Below are positions 48,006-54,821 of a stretch of DNA of 64,000 nt, one piece after another. The translations under genes were made by a program, and so were the position numbers. Each line of letters begins with the position of its first letter. The first letter of the stretch is position 1. The DNA lies in NCBI GenBank assembly GCA_035650755.1, contig DASRHB010000003.1:3005-67004 (forward strand), in the 5' to 3' direction. This DNA comes from Candidatus Acidiferrales bacterium. Its GTDB lineage: Bacteria > Acidobacteriota > Terriglobia > Acidiferrales > UBA7541. Below the pieces are notes generated by a model that searched no databases, was not told the origin of the DNA, and saw only the letters and a list, made by a program, of their open reading frames with translations.

Positions 48006-49046
48006 TTGAAGAAGATTCATGCCATTGTCTTGCCGCTGGCCTTGCTGCCCTTCGCAGGCTGCCAAGCTCCTCGCCAAAGTGCGGAGACGCGCACCGCCGA
48101 AAGCAATGCATCTGAAAACCAGCCGTTGGTGCTCACCGAGACAATCCCGCTCCGGGGCATCGTCGGCCGTTTCGATCACTTCGGCGAGGGCGCGGGCAAG
48201 CTCTTCGTTTCGGCGCTGGGCGATAATCACGCGCTAGTGATCAACATTGGCGGGCGTGTGCTTGAGCAGAGCCTGTCGGTGAAGGACCCGCAAGGCGAGG
48301 TTTACTCTCCGGATTCCAAGGAACTGTTCGTGGCCTCCGGTGAAGACGGCGTCCACGTCTTTAAGGGTACCCCGTTCAAGCAGATCGCCGTTGTGCCCTT
48401 CGAAGACGGCGCTGACGACCTCCGCTACGATGATGCCAATAAGCGCGTCTATGTCGGCCATGGCAACGAGAAAACCGGCGGCCTCGCCGGTATCGATGCC
48501 ATGACCAATAAGGTCGTCGAGGACTACAAGTTGGCTGCTGAGCCTGAAAACTTCCAGGTGGAAGCCTCCGGTCCGAACATCTACGTTAATGTGCCGGCGG
48601 TGGACGAAATCTCGGTAATCAGCCGCAACACCAAAACCATCAGCCATTGGAAGCTCGACGGCATCGCCAACAACTTCCCCATGGCAATGGACGAGCCCGA
48701 CCACCGCATTTTCATCGGCACGCACGATCCAGCGCGGATGGCGGTGTTCGACACGACTTCGGGCAAGATGGTCGCCGCGCTGCCCGGCGTCATCGACACC
48801 GACGACATCTTCTTCGATGCGGCGCTGAAGCGCATCTATATGCCAGGCGGCGCGGGCTACATCTGCGTCTACCAGATGAACGACCCCGATCATTACGAGC
48901 TGTTGGCCAGAATACCGACAGCAATCGGCGCTAAAACAGCCGGATATTGGGGACGGCAGGGCAAAGGCTTTGATCGCTTCTACCTTGCGGTGCCGGCGCG
49001 CGGAGACGCGAGCGCTGAAATCCGCATTTACACCGTGCAAAAGTAA
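48006..49046 (+). CDS. YncE/YVTN-like beta-propeller lipoprotein, paralogue 2
   Basis: Lipobox LPFAGC|Q. It is collinear in similarity to the upstream gene (FPMAMDEPDHRIFIG, ...EIRIYTVQK versus ...EILIYQTK). TTG start at 48006. Confidence 0.7.
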   Translation: MKKIHAIVLPLALLPFAGCQAPRQSAETRTAESNASENQPLVLTETIPLRGIVGRFDHFGEGAGKLFVSALGDNHALVINIGGRVLEQSLSVKDPQGEVYSPDSKELFVASGEDGVHVFKGTPFKQIAVVPFEDGADDLRYDDANKRVYVGHGNEKTGGLAGIDAMTNKVVEDYKLAAEPENFQVEASGPNIYVNVPAVDEISVISRNTKTISHWKLDGIANNFPMAMDEPDHRIFIGTHDPARMAVFDTTSGKMVAALPGVIDTDDIFFDAALKRIYMPGGAGYICVYQMNDPDHYELLARIPTAIGAKTAGYWGRQGKGFDRFYLAVPARGDASAEIRIYTVQK

Positions 49047-49316
49047 CATCCTCCAGAATGCAAACGCGATTCCTTTCTTGAAAATAGCGCGTCCGTCGTG
49101 GATTTTGCTATCAGCGCGGAACTCGACCGGCAAAGCGCCATACTAAAATCCTGCCGGTTCGAGCGCGTGGCAACGATTGAGTCGAGATTCGCATCTACAC
49201 CGCGCAACAGTGAGGGCTGTTCGCGGCCCTTTTGTCGTGGGGTTGCCATCGAAAGTGTAATAGCCGATTCGGAGCGGTTTCGTGACTGAATCAGACCTTC
49301 GGATCGGAGAAAGCAC

Positions 49317-49529
49317 ATGCGAAATCGGTTTATATTTTTTTGTTCGATTCTTTTCGTGTATCCGGGACTTGCGCTGGCACAGGGGCTGAATATCAGTGCC
49401 ATCGATCAAGTGCTCGGCCACTCGGGCCAGAAGACGGGGGACGTGTATCGCGTGGGTTTGCCACGCACGGATCTGCACGTGGAGTTGGCAGGGATTGCCC
49501 TCACCCGAGAGCCTGAGTGCCGGAATTAA
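49317..49529 (+). pseudogene. Truncated N-terminal remnant of a DUF1259 (LppY/LpqO-like) gene
   Basis: 70-aa ORF: signal peptide plus LNISAIDQVLGHSGQKTGDVYRVGLPRTDLHVELAGIAL, which matches my memory of the start of ~290-aa DUF1259 proteins. The ORF then stops, and the cytochrome gene's RBS follows within 45 nt. Confidence 0.4.
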
Positions 49530-49587
49530 GGCGGCGCTCAGCAAAATTGCGGTAAAGTAGGGACCCGTTTTCAGGGAGGAGAATACG

Positions 49588-50835
49588 ATTCGCCGATTCG
49601 CGCTACCTGTCCTGTTATTTTCGTTTTTGCTGATCGCGAATGTAATGTTGCTGTATGGCCAGCAAGCGCCGGCGCCGGGACCTGGGGGACCGGCTCCGGC
49701 TCAACTCACGGCGCAATACGTGGGCTCGCGCGCCTGCCAAAGCTGTCATGCTGATATTTACGCCCGCTGGCAGAAAACGCCGATGGCCAACGTCGTTCGT
49801 GATCCCCGTGAACATCCCGACGCCATAATTCCCGACCTCGCCACAAATAACGTCAAAAAGTTCGCTGTAGGCGACGTTGGCCTGGTTTACGGAAGCATTT
49901 GGAAGCAGCGCTACTTCACCAAAGTGGGCGGCGACTACTATCCGCAGCCCTCGCAGTGGGACATTATGAATCACGTCTGGCGGCCCTATTTCGTCGCCAA
50001 CGGCACGGACTGGTGGGCGCCGCTCTATCCGCCTGATAATTTCAAGCGCCCAACCAGCGCAACCTGCGACGGCTGCCATTCGGTAAACTTCAATTTTCGC
50101 GATCACAGCCTTACAGAGTGGAACGTGGGCTGCGAGCGCTGCCACGGCCCGGGCAGCGAGCATGTGGCGAATCCTTCGCGCACAAATATCCAAAATCCCG
50201 CACGCATGGATTATGTCCACGCGAGCGACACATGCATCCAGTGCCATTCGCAGGGGCGCCCGCTCACGAACCCGATTGAGGGGAAGTATTACGACTGGCC
50301 CGTGGGCTTCCACGTAGGACTCAGCTTGCAGGACTACTGGCAGCTAGAAGAGCACAAGCTCGGCGAAACGAGCTTCACGCATTTTCCGGATGCCACGGCG
50401 CACAAAAATCGCATGCAGGGAAATGATTTCGTGCAGAGCGTGATGTATCGCCGCGGCGTGACATGTTTCAGTTGCCATGATGTGCATGGCACCGCCAATT
50501 ATGCCGAACTCCGGCTGCCGCCTGCGCAAATCTGCATGACCTGCCACGGCCCGGGCATGCCCAACGGGCCGCGTACGGCCACGCTCGAGCAACACACGCA
50601 CCATCGCGCCGGCACGCCGGGTGGTGAGTGCGTGGATTGCCACATGCCGGCGATTCAGACCACCATCGCAAATATCAATGTGCACGCCCACACGTTCCGG
50701 TTCATCACGCCGGCTGAAACGGATAAATACAAAATCCCGAATCCTTGCACTTCCTGTCACACCGATAAAACGACGGCTTGGGCCACGGAGGCATTGCGGC
50801 ATTGGCCGGAACGATCTCCCTGGCGTGTCGAGTAG
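49588..50835 (+). CDS. Periplasmic multihaem cytochrome c (8 CxxCH motifs)
   Basis: The haem motifs are CQSCH, CDGCH, CERCH, CIQCH, CFSCH, CMTCH, CVDCH and CTSCH. The 5' end is set at the ATT at 49588, 6 nt after GGGAGGAG, because only this start encodes a full signal peptide. The ORF-track TTG at 49627 is the conservative alternative. Confidence 0.8.
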   Translation: MRRFALPVLLFSFLLIANVMLLYGQQAPAPGPGGPAPAQLTAQYVGSRACQSCHADIYARWQKTPMANVVRDPREHPDAIIPDLATNNVKKFAVGDVGLVYGSIWKQRYFTKVGGDYYPQPSQWDIMNHVWRPYFVANGTDWWAPLYPPDNFKRPTSATCDGCHSVNFNFRDHSLTEWNVGCERCHGPGSEHVANPSRTNIQNPARMDYVHASDTCIQCHSQGRPLTNPIEGKYYDWPVGFHVGLSLQDYWQLEEHKLGETSFTHFPDATAHKNRMQGNDFVQSVMYRRGVTCFSCHDVHGTANYAELRLPPAQICMTCHGPGMPNGPRTATLEQHTHHRAGTPGGECVDCHMPAIQTTIANINVHAHTFRFITPAETDKYKIPNPCTSCHTDKTTAWATEALRHWPERSPWRVE

Positions 50836-50874
50836 GCTGCTCGCAATACGACACACAATATGGAATGCCGCTGT

Positions 50875-50923
50875 AAAAAAGAGCGCCGGGAGAATTTAGA
50901 GTCGGCGCTTGAAATTCTCCCGG
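50875..50923 (-). terminator. Intrinsic terminator between the convergent SYLF and cytochrome genes
   Basis: On the minus strand, AGCGCCG-(14 nt)-CGGCGCT is followed by CTTTTTT. An overlapping alternative 12-bp stem is CCGGGAGAATTT / AAATTCTCCCGG. Confidence 0.55.
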
Positions 50924-50990
50924 TGCTGCAAGTTCACTGCCGACCCGGCCTCAAAACCGGTGGCGGTGAACAGGGGGGAATGCAATCGGC

Positions 50991-51686
50991 TTACCGCTTT
51001 TCAGACTCCGCCTTGACCCGCGCGACTTCGTCTATGAAGCCTCGGGCTTCCATCGGGACTGGCACTTTGCCGGCCAGCAGTTCGTTCGTGCTGTAGTCTT
51101 TTCCATACAGCGCCTTGGTCGAATCCACATCGTGCTCGATCCACGATCCGTTTAGATTAATTCCTGCGAAAAGACCCTTGGTGCGCGAGTAGGTGAGAAT
51201 CTGAGTGTCAAGTTTCCAATCGACGCCAGCGGATGCGTGCCGGCCGACCGGTCCGGCGGCGCCGGAAGCCTCTGCGCCGATCTGAAATTTATTTTGAAGC
51301 AGATGCTGAACGCCCTGATCCGTCATAACCATCATGACAAGGTCGATGTCCTGCGCTCCTGCTTGTAATCCCCAACTGCCCCCGCTGAGCGTGAAGAAGG
51401 CCGGCGCGCTCCACATTCCATTGGGCAGCTTGCAAGTGGCGACGCCGCGCCCATGTTCGCCGCCAAAAATAAACGCTCCTTTGAGCATGCGCGGCACCAC
51501 GGCAATGCACTTGGCGCTGTTGTAAACCTCGTCGGGTATGCCTTTGTCGGGAGCAGCGGCTAGATCGCGCAACGTGGAAGCGGCGGAGTCCAGGCGCATA
51601 TTGACTTCGGACTTGCTCTGATCTGCGCGCATGGGAACTGCTGCGCTGAGCGCGAGCAGCGCTACGGCTGCAAAGATTTTCTTCAT
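50991..51686 (-). CDS. SYLF (Ysc84/DUF500) lipid-binding-domain protein, secreted
   Basis: Signal peptide MKKIFAAVALLALSAAVPMRA. AKCIAVVPRMLKGAFIFGGEHGRGV...WSAPAFFTLSGGSWGLQAGAQDIDLVMMVM...FQIGAEASGAAGPVGR is the SYLF signature. GGAGG precedes the ATG at 51686. Confidence 0.85.
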   Translation of the reverse strand: MKKIFAAVALLALSAAVPMRADQSKSEVNMRLDSAASTLRDLAAAPDKGIPDEVYNSAKCIAVVPRMLKGAFIFGGEHGRGVATCKLPNGMWSAPAFFTLSGGSWGLQAGAQDIDLVMMVMTDQGVQHLLQNKFQIGAEASGAAGPVGRHASAGVDWKLDTQILTYSRTKGLFAGINLNGSWIEHDVDSTKALYGKDYSTNELLAGKVPVPMEARGFIDEVARVKAESEKR

Positions 51687-51982
51687 TTCAACCTCCAAAA
51701 GCGGGACTACGCATCTCCCGCTTACCCATTGGGTTTGTTTCTTGCTTCCCGCTGCCAAGAGTGCGGGCTTCTACCAAATCTCACCTTGGCGCCTAAACCG
51801 GTTCGTATCCAGTCTGTGAGCCTGGAGACGCTTGGGCTATACCCTGCTCGCCTTAAGGGCAAGCTCGCCAAACCCCCTTCCGCATCAGGGACTCAATGGA
51901 AGTAAAACTGGAGGCGTGTTGTGCAGACTGCCGCGGAGAATTTTCGTCTGCCCTAAACAACCGGCGACGAGAGATGCCTCAG

Positions 51983-53827
51983 CTATTTCAGTTGAAACGA
52001 GACAGTAATCACCATCTGCGTATCGATCGGCGACCCGCTTAGTGTAGCCGGACGGTAACGCCATTGCCGGATAGCGGTGAGTGCCGCCGGCACCAGGCGC
52101 AGATCCCCACTGATGACCTTCAGATCCTTGGGAACGCCATCCTTGCTGATTGTGGCGTTTACCTGTACATCGCCTTGAACCCGCGATTCCATTGCGGCAG
52201 GAGGGTAGACAGGCGAAACGCGTTGCACGAGCACCGCGGATTGCAACGCCACGGTGCGGGGCTGTGGGGTTTCGGTTTGAACGATCCCTGGCGCTTCAGG
52301 GCCGCCTGTTGCCAAACGATCGCTAAGGGAGCCGATAGGTGGCGTAATGCCGTCGAAAATTGACGGTGCCAGCGTTTGTGCCGAAGCAGTTGGCCGTTGA
52401 GCAACGCGAGGCCGCGACAGGACTAGCTCGCCCGGCTTTGCTGATTTGGGTTTCGCGGCCGTGGTGGTGGAATCGGCAGCTTCTTCCGCCCGGCTGGCTT
52501 TTCCGGATTCGCTTCGGTCCGACTTTGCTGAGCTGGAGCTCTCTGCCTCGCGTTTGGAGGACGTACCGAAAGGTGAACCCGCTTCGCCGCCACTGCGTAA
52601 AACCCATCGGCGGTTGTCGATATCCGCAACTTCGACTTCAAACGCCGGTGCGCCGATTGTATTGAAAGCCGCCGGTCGTGCGGCCGTCGCTTCCACGCGC
52701 GTACGCAAGGATGGGATGATCAGGAAAAGCAGCAGCGCAACAGCTGCCCCGGCTGCGACTCCGATTCCAATTCTCAAAGCCTGAGCCGCGAGAGTCGCAG
52801 AACCCTGCAACTCCTCCGCAGCCGTCCCTGACATGCCTTGCCACGCATTCGTATTGCGTCCCGGCCGCACTGTCGGAATGAATGGTGCCTCGCGATCCCC
52901 GGTAGTGGGAGCTGAATCGATGAGCTTTGTGTCCGGGTTTGCCGCTGCAGGCCCCGGAATATGGCGCGTCTGATTCCGTGTCGAAATTCGTGCGTCAGCC
53001 GCGGCGACCTCCGCACCCGCGCCTGACGCCTGTACAGAAAAGGGGGCGTCGGCTGTATGGTTTTTTACACGGGGCCGAGTTGCAGGTTGCGCAACTTCGG
53101 GATTCTGCTCGAGCGTCTTCGCGGCAGCTGTCGCTGCGGATGCTATAGAATCCGCGCGCACTGTGGGTGTCTCCGCCGGCATCGCTTCGATAGTGAATTC
53201 CGGAATTGACGGCGGCTCCGAATTCTTGATGTCAGCGGCCACAGCTGGATCTGCCGCGACGGCTTCCACCACCTCGACCGCGTCGGTCACTGCATTCATC
53301 GAAGGGCTGGGGGGCTGGGCGTTTTCCCCTGTAGAGAACTCTTCTGAAGCTTTTGCCGCCAGTTCGAACTGATCCGTTGCTTTTGTCGCGGTGCTCTCCG
53401 GATTCACTGATTCGCCGGCGGTGTTTTTTATTTTTGCTGTGGGAGCTCCGGCGTTGTTGCCGGTTTGGGAGTTGCCGGTTGCCGGGGCGCCGGGCTCGCC
53501 AGCCCATTCGCGGATCTTCGCGCGATCCGCGTCGGCCACTTCCGTAAAGCGGAGCCCGCCACCTTTCCCGGAGTCATTCATCCAGACAACTTCCCCAAAG
53601 CCCTCGACGAAGTTACTCTCGCCCGGAAATTTGAATTTGAACAGGAGCGTGTCGCTCAGGGTCACCGGCAGAACGCTTTGGAAACCAATGCCGCCTTCGC
53701 CAATGTCGATCAGAATGGCGCCATTGTCCGGCCCGAACTCCACGTACGAAAGACCCTCGAGCTTGCGCCGCACGTAAAACCTGCGGGCGGCTTGCGACGG
53801 GGTGGAAGCGGATCCTGCTAAGGGCAT
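51983..53827 (-). CDS. PilZ-domain / single-TM / TonB C-terminal-domain fusion protein
   Basis: The N-terminus has RRFYVRR (RxxxR) and DIGEGGIGF (a DxSxxG-like variant). A long Ala/Pro/Thr-rich spacer is followed by the TM helix IGIGVAAGAAVALLLFLIIPSL. The C-terminus VSPVYPPAAMESRVQGDVQVNATISKDGVPKDLKVISGD...AALTAIRQWRYRPATLSG is a TonB_C signature. Confidence 0.8.
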   Translation of the reverse strand: MPLAGSASTPSQAARRFYVRRKLEGLSYVEFGPDNGAILIDIGEGGIGFQSVLPVTLSDTLLFKFKFPGESNFVEGFGEVVWMNDSGKGGGLRFTEVADADRAKIREWAGEPGAPATGNSQTGNNAGAPTAKIKNTAGESVNPESTATKATDQFELAAKASEEFSTGENAQPPSPSMNAVTDAVEVVEAVAADPAVAADIKNSEPPSIPEFTIEAMPAETPTVRADSIASAATAAAKTLEQNPEVAQPATRPRVKNHTADAPFSVQASGAGAEVAAADARISTRNQTRHIPGPAAANPDTKLIDSAPTTGDREAPFIPTVRPGRNTNAWQGMSGTAAEELQGSATLAAQALRIGIGVAAGAAVALLLFLIIPSLRTRVEATAARPAAFNTIGAPAFEVEVADIDNRRWVLRSGGEAGSPFGTSSKREAESSSSAKSDRSESGKASRAEEAADSTTTAAKPKSAKPGELVLSRPRVAQRPTASAQTLAPSIFDGITPPIGSLSDRLATGGPEAPGIVQTETPQPRTVALQSAVLVQRVSPVYPPAAMESRVQGDVQVNATISKDGVPKDLKVISGDLRLVPAALTAIRQWRYRPATLSGSPIDTQMVITVSFQLK

Positions 53828-53844
53828 GATTTGTCTCTCCTGCC

Positions 53845-54381
53845 TTATCTCGGCAACGCCGAAGCCAGCTTTAGTTCCTGCCAGCCGTTGGGAAATTCAA
53901 TGTCAAAGCGATCGCCTTGGTCGAAAAGAACGAACGCCTGCACGTCGTCGAGCTTCTGATTTACGAAATCCCTCAGCCTGTCCTGGTACGCGGAGTCGTT
54001 GTCGCCTGGCCAATTGAATGTTGCGGGAATCTCAAGAGCGACGCGCGCGCGCTGCCGTGCCGGCAAAAATGTCGGATAACTCAGGCGAACCGGCTGCTGC
54101 GAACTCAAACTGCCATCGGCCCGCAGACGGCTCATTACCAATGCCGTCGGCCCGTCCGCGAGTTGGTAATCGGAATCGGTGTGGTTTTGAACTTCATATG
54201 CCAGGAATAGCGCCGCATTACCCGAATCCAACTGCCGAAGCTGCGCCCCGACATAGGTGGCCGTAATCGCGGTTGAGTTCCAGGGCTTTTGAGTCTTGGC
54301 GGACGGCCGGAAATAGAAGACGATAACGGCAACGGCCAACGCCAAGGAAAAGCCCAAAAGTGGTAGTTTATTTCCCTTCAT
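53845..54381 (-). CDS. Hypothetical single-TM protein, upstream partner of the PilZ-TonB_C gene
   Basis: 178-aa ORF with GAGG RBS and TM helix LLGFSLALAVAVIVFYF. Its stop is 17 nt before the PilZ-TonB_C start on the same strand. Confidence 0.55.
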   Translation of the reverse strand: MKGNKLPLLGFSLALAVAVIVFYFRPSAKTQKPWNSTAITATYVGAQLRQLDSGNAALFLAYEVQNHTDSDYQLADGPTALVMSRLRADGSLSSQQPVRLSYPTFLPARQRARVALEIPATFNWPGDNDSAYQDRLRDFVNQKLDDVQAFVLFDQGDRFDIEFPNGWQELKLASALPR

Positions 54382-54821
54382 ATCGCCTCGCGCCTGCCTG
54401 CTAATAACGCTTTATCAGACGTTTACAACCATTCTTGCCAGGAATCGGCCTAAAGCTGCTGGGTAGCTTGTATCTCCCATGAAGCAATCGTCGTGCCTAA
54501 AATTTGCATATTCCGGCACAAGACAGCGCCCTAATCTGTACACGAGTCTCTCCCGATACCGCCCCTGAATCGAAAGCTCCACATCCAATCGTGTGTTCCC
54601 GCAGTGAGATTGGCGCAAAAGACGGCAATTACTAATGCATCGGTGCCGCGCGATGCTCTGCCAGACGCCGTGATCGCCGGCCGTGACCGACGTCACTTCT
54701 GTGGCTGCGCGGAGGCACCGCGATTGCTGGAGTCTGTCCATAGCATCGCCAGTCCCCAGCGGAAAAGCCTAGTGTCGCGGCTGATTTCGGGTTCGTGCGC
54801 TTGAGCTGTGAGGAGGCTGGC

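Noticed and set aside
48234-49133. 299-aa minus-strand ORF opposite the second beta-propeller gene
   Set aside because: It is a shadow ORF. The plus-strand frame has a lipoprotein signal and clear paralogy to the neighbouring gene.
52300-53550. Cluster of many overlapping 60-130-aa ORFs on both strands
   Set aside because: They all fall inside the low-complexity Ala/Pro/Ser spacers of the PilZ-TonB_C gene, and the long frame with recognisable terminal domains explains the region.
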